Assembly (NCBI GenBank): GCA_963818475.1
Contig: CAWFSF010000002.1
Coordinates: 384,001 to 448,000, forward strand
Reading direction: 5' to 3'
Origin: Nitrospirota bacterium
Lineage (GTDB): Bacteria; Nitrospirota; UBA9217
DNA: 64,000 nt
Part shown: one piece after another, positions 1 to 12,684 of the stretch
How the letters are laid out: each line of letters begins with the position of its first letter
Numbering within the stretch: position 1 is the stretch's first letter
The notes under the pieces: generated by a model
The model's input: the letters and a program-made list of their open reading frames with translations, nothing else
Databases searched by the model: none
Told to the model about the DNA's origin: nothing
Position numbers and translations under genes: made by a program

Positions 1-839
1 TCGTGGTGCCGAGCATCTGTTCGGCAAGGGCCACGGTTTCGTCGCTCATGCCCTCGCGCACCGTCCGCGCGATCGTCAGCCGCGTCGCCTGACCGCTCTT
101 CCGGTAAATCGCCAAAAGCGCGGCCATGGACACCTCGCGCACGATGCGGAGCGGATCGGAAAGGCCGGCGACCAGCGGCGCCAGCGTATTTTCGTTGCCG
201 ATCTTGCCGAGCGCTTCCAGCACCGGCTCCCGGAGCGTGATGCGGCCCAGGGCGGCCATCAGCGGACCCAGCGCCCGTTCGTCCCCGATCTCGCCGAGCG
301 CCTCGGCTGCGGCATAGTCGAGCCAGCCCTGATCGGCACGCTGCAGACATGCCAGCAGTGCGTCCACGGCCCGGGGGTCCCGGATCTTGCCCAGCGCCTC
401 TGCCGATGCCACCCGGATATTTTCGTCGGGATCACTCAGCGCATTGATCAGAACGGGCACGGCCCGCTGGTCCCGGATGTCGCCGAGGATATCGACAATG
501 AACTTCCGCACATCGGCATCAGTGGTGCCCAGTCATCGGCAGGAGGTCGTCGACCGCACCGGCGCCGATCTGCACCAGCGCTTCGATGGCCGCGTTTCGC
601 GCGCCGGCATTATCATGGAGCGACAGGGTCTTGATCAGCTGCGCAATGACGCCGGCGCCGCCGATCTGCACCAGCGCCTCCACCGCCGTCTTGCGCACCC
701 GCCAGTCCATGTCACCCAGGGCACGAAAGAGCAGCGGCACGGCCCCGGCCCCCGAGCGACCGAGATCGATGACCGCTTCACGGCGCTCTTCTGCGTCGGC
801 ACTCTGCAGTTTTTTCCCGAGGAACTCCTGATCAGGCAT
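1..839 (-). CDS. HEAT-repeat (PBS lyase-like) protein of the chemosensory cluster; frameshifted near 520 and truncated by the window edge
   Basis: ORF 519-839 has HEAT-like repeats (DWRVRKTAVEALVQIG, NAGARNAAIEALVQIG). Another frame continues with VRKFIVDILGDIRD and similar repeats. It overlaps the cheW stop. Confidence 0.8.
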
Positions 840-1359
840 CGCCCGCCTCCGCCAATGCTTCCCGCTCCTGCCGGCTCAGGATCTTCGTAATATCAAGCAG
901 GATCACCAGCCGATCACCTACCTTGCCCACGCCGTCGATAAAGTCCGCCTGCAGCCCCCGTGCTGCAGCCGGCGCCGGATCGATCTGCTGCCGCGGGATG
1001 TGCAGTACTTCGCGCACCCCATCGACCACCAGGCCGAGCAGGTCGGTGCCCGCGCTGCCGGGGCCGCGCACCGCTCCCCGGGTGATCAGCATGCGCACCT
1101 TCTTCGCCGGACCCGGCGCGAGCTCCAGTCCGAAGCGCTTTCGCAGGTCCACGACGGGAATGATCGCGCCGCGCAGGTTGACGACCCCCTCGATGAATTC
1201 CGGCATCCGGGGAAGCGTGGTGATGCGCAGCGGACGGACCACCTCGGCGATCGACCGGATGTCGAGGCCGAACTCCTCAGCGCCGACCTGGAAGGTAACG
1301 AGCTGCACGCTCTCTTCTGCGACGACGGCCTTTTTTTCTCTCGTGTCTCTCACGTTCAT
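832..1359 (-). CDS. cheW: Chemotaxis coupling protein CheW
   Basis: QLVTFQVGAEEFGLDI, LPRMPEFIEGVVNLRGAIIPVVDLRKRFG, GLVVDGV motifs. Confidence 0.95.
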   Translation of the reverse strand: MNVRDTREKKAVVAEESVQLVTFQVGAEEFGLDIRSIAEVVRPLRITTLPRMPEFIEGVVNLRGAIIPVVDLRKRFGLELAPGPAKKVRMLITRGAVRGPGSAGTDLLGLVVDGVREVLHIPRQQIDPAPAAARGLQADFIDGVGKVGDRLVILLDITKILSRQEREALAEAGDA

Positions 1360-1413
1360 TGACCTGTATTAGCAACTCAGGAATTAGATTCCGACCAAAA
1401 TGGCAAGGCTATT

Positions 1414-1527
1414 TCTCGCAAAGGCGCAAAGGACGCGAAGGAAACCATACGTCGATAATTAATTGGTTTAAAACAAAAAGCAATCCTTGTCCCGGATTTT
1501 CTTGGCGACCTTTGCGCCTTTGCGAGA
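1414..1527. repeat. Short inverted-repeat element with 9-bp-periodic arms (CGCAAAGG type) around an AT-rich core
   Basis: TCTCGCAAAGGCGCAAAGG ... CCTTTGCGCCTTTGCGAGA. About 37 bp of the right arm is identical to 38361-38398. Confidence 0.8.
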
Positions 1528-1554
1528 GACGCCGTTAACGTTGCATTATTGTTA

Positions 1555-3673
1555 CTACGTTTTGAACTTCTCGATCTCTTTGTTCAGCGCGCCGGCCTGT
1601 CCGGCGATCACGTCCATGGCGACATGCAGCCCTGAAGCCAGGTCCGCGTTCGCCCGGGCGATCTCCTTGATCCGGTCGATGGCCTGCACGATGAGGTCGC
1701 TCCCTGTTTGGACCTCGCCGGCCGCCCGGTTCACCAGGCTGATCTTGGCGCTCATATTTTCAACAGCGCCGGTGATGTCTTTGCTCCCCTTCACCTGTTC
1801 ATCGGTGGAGCGCTTGACCACCCGCGTCAGTTCCCGCATCTTCTCCGCGGCGCGCATGATCTGCTCGCTGCCGGTCCGCTGCTCGGTCGTGGCCCGGGCG
1901 ATCTGGTGCGCCATGTCGTTGATCTTGTCCACGGCAGCGCCCACCTGCCGGATGCCCTGGGACTGTTCGCTCGCAGCCCGATTGATGCTCTTGCTCATGC
2001 TCCGGGACTGCCCGGCGCGCTCAAGGATCTTGGTGAGCGCTGCTCCGGCATCCTGGGAAAGCCGCACACCCTCTTCGACCATGACGGACTCTTCCCGCAT
2101 GACCTCCACCGCTTCCCGCGCTTCTTCCTGGACCGAGGTGATCAGCGCACTGATCTCCTGCGTGGAGGACGCCGTACGGTTCGCCAGCTCCCGGATCTCC
2201 GCGGCCACCACGGCAAATCCTCTGCCGTGCTCGCCGGCCTGTGCGGCAAGGATGGCCGCATTAAGGGCAAGAAGGCCCGTCTGGTCCGTGATGTCCTCGA
2301 TCACGGTCAGAATGCTGCCGATGTTCTCGGCACGCTCACCCAGGCGGTTCACCACACCGGACGTCTTGCCCGTCGACTCCGCGATCCTGTTCATGCCGTC
2401 GATCGTCTTTTCTATGGACCGCATGCCAAGCTGTTCGGCATCGGCGGCAACGGCCTCGGCGATGACCGCCGATTCCCTGGCAATGGCCTCCACTTCCCGT
2501 ACGGAAGCGCTGATCTCCGTGGTTGACGCAGCGGTTTCCTCGGCCGCCGAGGACAGGACCGCCACATTCTCGGCGATCTGCCGGACCGCGGCGGACATCT
2601 GGGTGATGGCGGTTGACGGTCTCCTCGATGGAGGAGGAGAGCTCGGACATCGTCAGGGCCACTTCCTGGATCGAGGCCGCCATCTCGATGACCGACGAGG
2701 ATGTCTGCTCGGAGGTCTCATAGATGTCTTCGACGTTCCCGGCGATCTCCTTGAGCGAATAGTGCATCTCATTCACCGACGAAGCCGCCTCTTCAACCGA
2801 CTCGGCCTGAACCCTGCTGCCGTCGGCTATTGCCGAGGATTTCTCCTGCACTTCCTTCCAGACCAGGGCGCTGTTGCCGGCGGCCTTCCGCACGTTCTCG
2901 ATCATGCCTTTCAGGCCGATGATCATGCGGTTCAGGCCGCGGCCGAGCATCCCGAGCTCATCAACGGACTTCACATGCACGCTCACCCTGAGGTCGCCGG
3001 CGGCAATGTTCGAAGCCACGGCAACGGCCTCCTTCGTGGGCGCCACGATCATTTTCCGCGACATGACGTAGAGAAGGAACGACAGCAGCAGCACGATCCC
3101 GACGCTCGTCCCGAGGAGCAAAAAAACGACATGCCGGATGTCCTGTTCAACAGCTGACGTTGCAAAACCCATGGTGACGGTGCCAAGCTTCGTCCCGCGG
3201 GGATTGATCTCGACCGCCACTTCCAGCACGTCGAACTGCCGGCGGACCTTGGCAATAAGGGCGAAAACATCGCCGGCCCCCTCCCCGGTCATGAGCGCCT
3301 TCACGTCAGGGTTGTCGCGGTTGAAGCTGACGGAGGAGGTGCTGAGCGCTGCGCCGTTGGCGTCGGTGACCACGGCGTACAGCACATCCTTTGATTTCGC
3401 CACCTCGTCGACCAGCGAGTCCAGTGCCACGAGGTTCCAGTCCAGAATGAAGTCGCTGCCCGCCTTGCCCAGGAACTGGCCGAGCTCCCGCCCCCGCGTT
3501 TCGAGGGACCGGTACTCCCCTTTCCTCAGGGTCTGCGCGACAAAGGAGGTCCCGACGACCATCAGGAGAGAAACAAAACAGGTCATGACCACCACGAGTT
3601 TCAGCCCCATGCTGGCATCGACCTTCTTCTTCAATTTGCTGGCGGCTATTTTTTCCTTGATCCTTCGTAACAT
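1555..3673 (-). CDS. Methyl-accepting chemotaxis protein (2 TM, HAMP, long coiled coil); one frameshift near 2615
   Basis: ORF 2336-3673 gives TM-sensor-TM-HAMP. ORF 1555-2598 gives the signalling hairpin [27 protein letters not shown]. Confidence 0.9.
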
Positions 3674-3724
3674 GGTTCCTTTCCCTTCACCGGGGAGCCC
3701 GGGTTCCCGGCGGCGATGGCGCTG

Positions 3725-6506
3725 TCAGGCGATCAGGTGCATGAGCCTTCGTACGCCGTCGTAGTCGCTGTCCTCGGCAGGAAACGAAGCCTGTGTAATC
3801 CCGGTCGATCATGGACAGCACCTGCGCGTGGCCGGCATTGCTGCGGTCGAGTGCAATGAGCGCTTGTTTAATGGATTCAAGCGTGCCGGCGTCAAGGTTC
3901 TTCGACGCGCAGATGTTGAACTCGGGGACCTCGACAGAGGTCTTCAGCACCTTCAGTCCCTGTTCGAGAAATTTCCCTGCCGTGGACTCCATGAGCCCGC
4001 CGGCGTCATACTCGCCGGCAAGGACCGCCCGGGCAACATCATCGTGATGTCCCAGGAACGCATGGTCCTTCAGATCTTCCAGGAGGACACCTGCTTCGGC
4101 CAGCATGGAGCGGGGGATCAGATAGCTCGACGTGGACATCCGGTCACCGAAGGCGAACCGCTTCCCCCGAAGGTCCTCAAGCCGCTCGATCCCGTCCGCG
4201 GACCTTGCAACGATCGCCGCATGCGTATAGGGCAGCCCCTTGCGGAGCGCTTTTACCAGCAGCACGGCGCCGTATTTTTGGTGCGCTTCGATATAGGTTG
4301 TCGGCGTCAGAAAGGCCAGGTCCGTCACACCGTCCTCGAGGTCCCTGATCGTCTGCATGAAATCGAGGCCCACGACCAGGTCGACCTTTCGGCCAAGCGA
4401 CTGCGTCAGATATTCCGTAAGCGGCTGGAACCGCCGGTGCATCGCTGCGGGCACTTCCAGCGGGATGACCCCGAACTTCAGCCCGGTATGGAGCGCCGTG
4501 CGGGGGCCGCGGGCGCTGACGGTCATGGTAACAAGCTCCTGGTTCAATAGCGCTGCCTGTTCGTTCAGTATCTTCAATGCGCCGGCCATGCCTTCCATCC
4601 GCTTCATGGTCTGGCGCGGCAGATCCTGGATCTGCTCCATGGCATGCAGGATCTGGCTGGCGCCCTGCCGTTGTTCGCTGGTCCCGGCGGCGATCTTGCC
4701 GGCGCGCGCGGTCACGTTCTCCGCCGCCTCGGCGATCTGTCTGCCGCCGCGGCCCTGCTCCGTCAGGGTGAGGTTCACGCGGCGGGCGATGTCCCGCATG
4801 CCCTCCGAGGCCTTGAGGATGATCTCCGAACCGCTGCTCTGCGCCTGGGTGGCCGATGCGATCTGGCCCATCATCTGCTTGACGTGCGCCACCGCCTCGC
4901 TCACCTGCTTGATCCCGCGGGTCTGCTCCGTCATGGCGCGCTCGATCATGGTGGCCATCTCCGCGGACCGGCTGGCGCTTCCCACGATCTTCTCCAGCGC
5001 CGCACCGGCGTCCTGTGACCGCTGTACGCCGCGGTCAACGGCCGTCAGACTTTCGGTCATGGCGGTCACGGCCTCCTTGGCCTCCTTCTGAACCGCCGTA
5101 ATGAGCTTTGCAATGTCCTGGGCGGAACCGGCCGTCCGGTCCGCAAGGGCCTTGATCTCTCCCGCCACGACGGCAAAACCCTTGCCGTGCTCGCCCGCCT
5201 GCGCCGCCAGGATCGAAGCGTTCAGCGCCAGCAGGTTCGTCCGCTCCGTTACTTCAACGATGACGCCAAGGATCTTGCCGATCTCGCCGGAGCGCTTGTC
5301 GAGACGGGTGATAAGGCCGGAATAGCGTTCCACGGCCTCCTTGATGGTGTCCATGGCGCGCATGGTCTCCTGAATGGACCGGCTGCCGCTGTCCCGCGCC
5401 TCGAACGAGACCTGCTCCGACAGGCGCGCAGACTCCTGTGCCAGCCGCTCCACCTCGCGGATGGTCGCCTCGATCTGGATCGCCGATGACGACGTCTCCT
5501 CTGCGGCCGACGAGAGGGTCTCGGCATGGCCGGCGACCTCGCGGATGGACCCGATCATCTCGAGCACCGAGGTGGTGACGTTCTCCACCGACGAGGTCAG
5601 TTCTCCCGTGTGGCGCGCCACCTCCTGGTTCGACGCGTTCATCTCGAGGATGGCCGACGATGTTTCTTCGGCGGAGGTCGACAGGCTTCCGGCGCTCTCC
5701 GCGATCGACTGGATGGACGAGGACATCTCTCCCACGGACGTGGAGACGCTCATGATGGCATCCGCCTCGGCCTCCGAGTTCTTCCGGATGGCGCGCGAGT
5801 CTTCCGCGATCGTCGGACCCAGGTCGTTGATGCGCACCGCAATGGCGCTCATCTCGACGATGAACTGCTCGAGCCGCTCGACCAGGTAGTTCACGCCGTC
5901 GGCGAGCATGCCGATCTCGTCGTTTCTTCCGGCCTCGACGCGCTGGGTGAAATCCTTCCGGTCGATCATGCCCGTCAGCGCGTCACCCAGCGCCCTGACG
6001 CGGTCGGTCACCGTGCGGGAAAGGGAAAAGTAGAGGATGGCCGCCAGAATGAGAAAAATGAAGGCGTGTTCGAAGAGCGCGCTTATGGCATAGGCCCGGA
6101 GCCTGCTGTCGAGGTCCGCAGGATAGACGGAAAGACGGACCTCGCCCAGCCGGGTCTGTTCGGCCATGATCGGCAGCGGCCCTACCGTCAGGCGCTTCGC
6201 TGCCAGGTCCGCCCGGCCGTCACGGATGATCTCCCTGCCCGATCCGTCGGTGATCATTACCTCCTGCGCATCGGGCAGGTGCATGAAGTTCTTCGCCATG
6301 GCGTTGAGACCGCCGAAGTCCGACACCAGCAGGTACGGCGTTGCCAGTTCGGCCATGAGGCTGCAGGACTGCTCGCCCCGAATGCGGGCTTCGCTCATCA
6401 GGGCGCGTTTTTCCATGACGTAGCGGTACGCCCCGATCAGCGCCATGGTCACGAACAACCCTGCGAAGATCATGAAGATCAGTTTCTGTCGTATGCCTAT
6501 GCGCAT
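3725..6506 (-). CDS. MCP fused at its C-terminus to a phosphate/phosphite/phosphonate-binding (PhnD-like) domain
   Basis: [27 protein letters not shown] is followed in frame by LKFGVIP and [21 protein letters not shown]. Removing one T near 3782 gives the PhnD-like end [18 protein letters not shown] (stop 3725-3727). Confidence 0.88.
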
Positions 6507-6575
6507 GATTCCCCCAACCTGCTGAACGCTGCCGTAGGCGAGGAAACGCCTGCGACGAGATCTCCGGTCGAACCC

Positions 6576-6604
6576 GTAGGGGCGGGTTTAAAACCCGCCC
6601 CTAC
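6576..6604. repeat. REP-like perfect palindrome GTAGGGGCGGGTTT-A-AAACCCGCCCCTAC
   Basis: 14-bp perfect arms with a GTAG end, lying between two co-oriented MCP genes. Confidence 0.75.
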
Positions 6605-6665
6605 CCTTGAAGAACATCCGGTGTGTACCTGAAATCAAAAAGTCGGATGACTGCCGAAAGGATTC

Positions 6666-8760
6666 CTAGAACTTGAACCGTGCAAGCTCCGCCTGGAGCG
6701 CATCGGCGCGGGACTTGAGCGTCTGGACCGCCATGTCCATTTCGATCGATACGTCAACATTGTCCTGCGTGATCTTCTGGATGCTGTCCACGGCCTGGCT
6801 GATCTGCTGCGCTCCGAGGCTCTGCTCCGACGTGGAGCGCGCGACCTGCGCCGCCTGCATGGTCACCGATTCGACCGCGTTCGCGATCTGCCGGCTGCCC
6901 GTCGTCTGCTCCTGCGACGCCGTCGTCACCAGCCGGGTGATGTCGCGCATCTGCTCCGCAGCCTGGGCGATCCGCTCGCTGCCGCGCCGCTGCTCCTGCA
7001 TGGCTGCGGCGATCTGCTCGATCTGGTTGGCAATATCGATGGAGGCGTCCGTGATCTGCGCCAGGCCGCGCGCCTGTTCCGCCGTGGTCTTCTCGATGGC
7101 CCGCGCCATGCCCGAGGACTGCCGCGAACTGTCGGCGACCTGCTCGAGCACGTCGCTCGTCACGTTCACCAGGGCCGCGCCGGCCTCGACGGCCTTCAGT
7201 CCGCGCGCCATGGCCTGCACGCTCTGCGCGGTCTCCTCCTGCACGGAGGCGATGAGGCTCACGATCTCCTGCGTGGACGCCGCCGTGCGCTCCGCCAGCT
7301 CCTTGATCTCCTCGGCAACAACGGCAAAGCCCTTGCCGTGCTCGCCGGCCTGTGCCGCAAGAATGGCGGCGTTCAGCGCCAGCAGGCCCGTCTGGTCCGT
7401 CACTTCGTCGATCACCTTCAGGATCTGGCCGATCTCCTGGGAACGCTTGCCCAGGCGGTTGACCACCTCGGCCGTTGCCTCGACCGCTTCCTTGATGTGG
7501 TCCATGCCCTTGATCGCCTCTGCCGCCGCGGCCATGCCGCGCTCCGAGGCCTCGGCCGCGACCTTTTCCGCCAGCCGCGCCGACTCGACGGCGCGCTGCT
7601 CCACCTCTTTCACCGACACGCTCATCTCGGTGATGGACGACGAGGTCTGCTCGGCCGAGGCCGAGAGCGCCTCGGTGTTTTCCGACACCTGCCTGATGGA
7701 GGCCAGCATCTGATCGATGGAGGAGGCCGTGTCTTCGACAGCCGGGGAAAGGGTCCCGGCGTTCCGGGCGACCTCCTCGATCGACGAGGCCATCTCGGTG
7801 GCCGACGAGGAGGCGTTCGCCGCCGACTGGGACATGTCTCCGGCGTTCTCCGCCACGCCGCGGATCGAAGCGACCATCTCGTTCACGGTCATGGCCGTCT
7901 GCTCCGTCGCCTCCTGCTGGCCCCGCGCGCCCAGGGTCATTTTCTGGGCCGCGCCGGTCAGCATCTTGAGCGCATCGCCCAGGCTGGTGCCGGTCTGCAT
8001 GATCCTGCCGAGGATCTCCCGGAGGTTCAGAGACATGGTATTGATGGCCGCGCCGAGCGTGGCGATCTCCGTTTTGCCTTCGATGACGATCTCCTGCGAC
8101 AGGTCGCCGGCGGCCATCCTGCCCGCGGACCTCGACAGCTCGATGATCGGATCGGTGATCACCTTGCCGACCAGGAAAGTAGACGAGGACCGTGGCGGCA
8201 AGAAAACTGATCAGCCCCACCGTGAGCGAGGTCAGGAGCAGGCCCCGGACCTGGCGGTTCACGGCTTCGGCCTTGAGCGCGATGCGGAACACGCCGACCT
8301 TCTTGCCGTCGGCTGCCATAAGAGGAATGACCTTTTCATAATGGCTGCCGCCCTCATCGGTGTACGACTGGGTCATCTCCCCGCTCGCACCAAGTGCCCG
8401 TTTGCTCGCCTTGTCATCCTTTATGGTATTTTCGGCTCCGGCCATGCTGGCATAGAGCACTTTGCCGCTCATGTCCATGATCATGGCCTGGGACAGGTCT
8501 TTATCTTCCTGGACCAGCATGCCCAGCTTCTCGCCCATCCCTTCGAGCGCGTTGAGCGGAATGCCGAACCCCAGGGCCTTGTTGATGTCCTTCCGGGTCC
8601 CCTCAGCCATTGCCGTGACCTTCTCGATCAACGCGTCCTTATACCGGCTCGTCGCCGTGTAGACGTTGATGAGCGTCGTCAGTGCCAGGATCAGCAGAAT
8701 GATGCCCGCGGTCGCAACGACCGCCCGCGTCTTGAGGTTCATGCCGGCGAAGATGTTCAT
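6666..8760 (-). CDS. Methyl-accepting chemotaxis protein; one frameshift near 8176
   Basis: ORF starting at 8760 gives TM-sensor-TM. ORF 6666-8201 gives HAMP plus [27 protein letters not shown]. Confidence 0.9.
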
Positions 8761-9683
8761 TTTATCACCTTGGTAGCGTCCGAGATCAGGTCGATGGGCA
8801 CCTTGATCCCGAGGGCGCCGGCCTCCTTCAGGTTGACGACCAGCTCGACCATCCGCGGGACCTCCACGGGAATGCTTGCCGGCTTTTCCCCTTTGAGCAG
8901 CCGTGCCACCATTCTGCCGGCGGCCGCGCCCTGCTCGGACGCGCTCGGAGCCAGGCTCAGGATCACCCCGTGCTCTGCCGTGCCCCCGATCTGGCTGATC
9001 GTCGGGATCTTCGCCTCCCGCGCCTGCTGCACGATCGCATCAATGGCCTCGTTCGCCGCAGCGCTCACGGATATGAGCACGGCGTCCGCCTTGCCGGCGA
9101 AGACAAGTTTTTTGGCCTCATCAGGCCGCTTGATGGCCATCTTGACCGTCTGGAACCCGTACTGGGACTCAAGTTCACCCAGCTCCTCGGCCTGCTTGAC
9201 CGAATCGGGCTCAAATTCGTTGTAGACCACCGCGATCCTGGTAAAGGGTGTCATCTTTTTCAGGTACTTCAGCAGGCTGGTCATCGGCACCTTGGCGCTG
9301 ATGCCCGTCATGTTCCGTGCCGACACGCCGGCAGCCCCGGGATCGTACACGCCGGCGTACACCATCGGAATGCTCTTGGTCTCCCGGATCATGGCCAGCG
9401 CCGCAGGCGCGCCGTAGGACACGAGCACGTTCACTTCCGCCACCACGAGCTTCCGGGCCGCGTTCGCCCAGGAAAGGGAGTCGGGCGACGGCATCTGGAG
9501 CAGCGTGTCGACCGTGCGAAAATCGAAGCCCTCTTTCCCGAGCGATGCGGCAAAGGCCTTATGCACCTCCTGATAATAGCCCAGGTTGCCGGACATGATC
9601 ACTCCCACGGTCTTGTCCGCGGCGCCGGCAGGCAGAGCGCTCAGAAGAAGCACGACTGCTAGGATCCATCGTATTGCTCTCAT
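8757..9683 (-). CDS. ABC-type substrate-binding protein (ABC_sub_bind family) with no permease or ATPase nearby
   Basis: Signal peptide MRAIRWILAVVLLLSALPAGA. Motifs IPMVYAGVYDP and LLKGEKPASIPVE..LVVNLKEAGALGIKVP. Its stop overlaps the MCP start. Confidence 0.85.
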   Translation of the reverse strand: MRAIRWILAVVLLLSALPAGAADKTVGVIMSGNLGYYQEVHKAFAASLGKEGFDFRTVDTLLQMPSPDSLSWANAARKLVVAEVNVLVSYGAPAALAMIRETKSIPMVYAGVYDPGAAGVSARNMTGISAKVPMTSLLKYLKKMTPFTRIAVVYNEFEPDSVKQAEELGELESQYGFQTVKMAIKRPDEAKKLVFAGKADAVLISVSAAANEAIDAIVQQAREAKIPTISQIGGTAEHGVILSLAPSASEQGAAAGRMVARLLKGEKPASIPVEVPRMVELVVNLKEAGALGIKVPIDLISDATKVIK

Positions 9684-9694
9684 TCTTCCTCCCC

Positions 9695-11628
9695 CTACCA
9701 TTTCAGGGACAGGGTTGCCATCACCGTTTTCACCCGCCCGTCCTGCGTATTGTCTATCTGGTCGTCGTAACTCCGGTACTGGTACCGGACGTCGCTGCTG
9801 AGGTTCCGGGTGAACTGCATCTCGATGCCGCCCGTGTACACGCTGTCGATGACCTTGAGGTCCGAAAGCTCCGCAATGCCGGCAGTGTTGGCGCCGGCGA
9901 GCCGGAAGTTCCCGCGCGAGTAGCTCTTGCTTCCCGATGCAGTGAGGTTCACGCCGTTCACGGGAGCAATGGTCGCGCTCAGCGTTCCGACGTTGGCAAT
10001 ATCATCATAGGGAACGCCGCCGTCGAGCGCAAAAGCGCCGGATCGCGTCCTGCTCGGTCACGGTCTGATCGACCTTGTTCTGGTAATGAGAGAAGCTGGC
10101 CGTGAGCGACGACCGTTTTCCGACCAGGAACGTCATGCTGGCCAGCGCCTGGTCATGCTCGGCGTCGCGGCTCCCGCCCCCAGGGGCGATCCGACTGGTC
10201 CCGCTTCTCATTCACGACGCTGTAGCTGAGCATCGTATTGAACCAGGTCAACGGCATCCAGGTGAGCGATGCACGCGACGTAGCGGACTTGTCCGGATCC
10301 GTGGCGTAGGCCGGATTGTCGACCGAGACCGCGGTGTAGTCGGCCCGGAAGATCATTTTTTTCATGATGCGATAGGTGACGCCGAGCTTGGCCGTGCTCT
10401 TGGTCGTGCTCTCCGGCACCAGCCAGTATGCCGGTGCGCCGGCCGGGGAGGCAGCAGGGTGGAGCCCAGGAGGCCCCGCGTGCGGTCGGTCGTGTCCGTG
10501 CCGTATTCGCCCTTCAAGCGTCAGGCGGTCCGTTGCCCGGTACCGGAGCGACCCGCTCACCACATCGCGTGTGGACGAAATGGAATCGCGGACCTGAACA
10601 GCGCGGCGCCCGCTGCGGTGATGTTGTTTCCGTGGCCGGGTTGGTCACGTCATGGTCATAGTGACGGTACTTGAGCGCGAACAGCACGCTCGTGACGGGC
10701 ATGAAGATGAGATCGCCTGCGGTGTTCGTGAACTTCTCCTTGACGCGCTGTCCTCGTTCTTCTTGTCGCCGTTCGTGTAGGTCCCGGAGAGGACCACCTG
10801 CCCGAATAGGTCGTATGGACCTTCAGCGTGTCCCAGGAGGACTCCAGGTCCGGAACGAGATTGTGCGGGACCGTGAACGTGGTCAGTCCCGAAGTATAAG
10901 TGTCGTTCAGCACCTTTTCCCCGATCGCCTCGAACTTCTTTTCCGTGTGGCTGTAATCGACCTCGATCGGGCCCAGGTGGCTGTTGACGCCGACCCGGAA
11001 CTCCTCGGTGTTCCAGTCGATGTCGCGCGACTTCGAGACCTTGGTCAAGGCCGCCGCTCAGTTCGCGCAGGAACCGCTGCTGGATGCTGCCTTCCCGGTC
11101 GATGGTCCGCACTTCGGCGTAGAGATGGAAGGGGAAATCCGGGGTCTTGAACCGGAGGAACGCCCTGCCAACTGGTTGCTCGATGCCCGTAGAGGTCGAT
11201 CGGGGTTCAGGTCGGTAAAGCTCGGCGACGGCGTGGCCGGATCGTCGAACGCCGAACTGGAAATGGTTCAGATTGTGGAACAGGCTCGCGCGTGTACCCG
11301 TTGAACACCACCACGTCCTTGTAGGCGTAATCAACCTCGCCGAAATAATCCTTGGTGTTCAGAAAGGTCGGATTCGAGCACGAAGCGGTGCGGGAGCGGG
11401 TCCCACTCCAGGTCCAGCGATCCCAATGGGGCCGGACTTGAGATACTCGTACTCTCCTGCTATCGGTGTTGCCGTGTCTCGTTATGCTGCGGTAGCCCAG
11501 GCCGAATCTTGCCCTCAAAGGGCTCGCCGAGCGCGGTCGCTTCTGGCCTGTTCCTCGCTGCCTGCTGCGCAACAGCCGGGGAGGCCCAGAACATCAGGAC
11601 GCTCAATGATCAGGATCAACTTTTTCAT
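9695..11628 (-). CDS. Outer-membrane beta-barrel of a porin-cytochrome complex (MtrB/PioB-like); several frameshifts
   Basis: Start MKKLILII follows an RBS. Fragments are rich in alternating beta-strand patterns. The C-terminus ends in an aromatic residue (ATLSLKW*). It lies directly downstream of a decaheme gene. Confidence 0.7.
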
Positions 11629-11641
11629 GTACGAGCCTCCT

Positions 11642-12653
11642 CTATCGTATGAAGTCTGCCTTTGCCGCTCGGCGAAGGCAGGTCGGAACCATGGATCTGG
11701 GAATGACAGTCGGAGCACCGCGTGTAGAATGCCTGCTTCTGCTCGGTCGTCGTGCTGCCGTCGATCGGGTGCGTCGGATGGCACTGGAGGCAGAGGAACG
11801 GCTCGCGCGCGTTCAGCAGGTTGTTGTTCACCGATCCGTGCGGGGTGTGGCAGGCGCGGCAGTCATCGGTCAGGTCGGCATGCTCATACACAAAGGGCCC
11901 TTCCTTCTCCGCGTGGCACTGCGTGCAGGTCGCCTTCACCGTATCGCGCCGCAGGCTCTTTTCCGCTGCGCTGCCGTGCGGGATCGTGGCAGTCGGTGCA
12001 GAAGACCTTCTTTTCCGGCACCGGGTGATGGTTCGGCAGGATGAAGGCCGCCTTCACTTCCTGGTGGCAGCGTTCGCACATCTCGGCCGTGTCCCGGATG
12101 CTTCACCTTCAGGTTGTGGCCGCCGTGGATCTTGTGGCAGTCGGAGCAGGAAACGTCGGCGATGTTGTGCGATGCCCGCGTTCCAGTTGTGCAGGTTGAA
12201 GGTTGCGTTGGCCGTGTGGCACTTGAGGCAGATGAGCGACTGGGCCTGCGCCGGAAGGTTCTTGATGTCGATGAAGGTCTTGTAGTTGCAGGCCGTCATC
12301 TTGCCCGCCTTGGCGTCGGCCTGCACTCTCTCCGGCGTGATCCCGTCGACGGCAAGGCTGCCCGGCCCGTGGCAGCTTTCGCAGTTCACGATCGGCATGC
12401 CCGATTCGCGCGAGAGCTGGGCGCCCATGGTCGAGAGGTCGAAATCCTTGCGCCGCTGGTCGTGCACATGACAGGCCGCGAGACAGGTGTCCGTGCCGAT
12501 ATAGTCGGCGTCGAGCCGGCCGACGATCAGCTTCTCGTACTCCTTGATCGGCAGGATCGGCCTCGCTTCCTTGAGCGCTGCGCATCCGGCGGCGAAGAAG
12601 ACGCCGATGATCCCGGCTGCCAGCCATTTCCTCCATTTCAGAAATTGTTCCAT
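11642..12653 (-). CDS. DmsE/MtrA-family periplasmic decaheme cytochrome c; frameshifted
   Basis: Across frames: CLAACH, CESCH, CLKCH, CSDCH, CERCH, CTDCH, CTQCH, CRACH, CLQCH, CSDCH. Hallmarks EKEGPFVYEH, CHTPHGS, CHSQIHGSD. RBS AAAGGAGG. Confidence 0.85.
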
Positions 12654-12684
12654 AAAAGAAAACCTCCTTTGTCCTGAGTGTGGG

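Noticed and set aside
1487-9225. Long plus-strand ORFs (e.g. 1487-3157, 7717-9225; also 18795-20522, 40263-41516)
   Set aside because: Antisense shadows of GC-rich minus-strand genes, with no motifs and unnatural composition.
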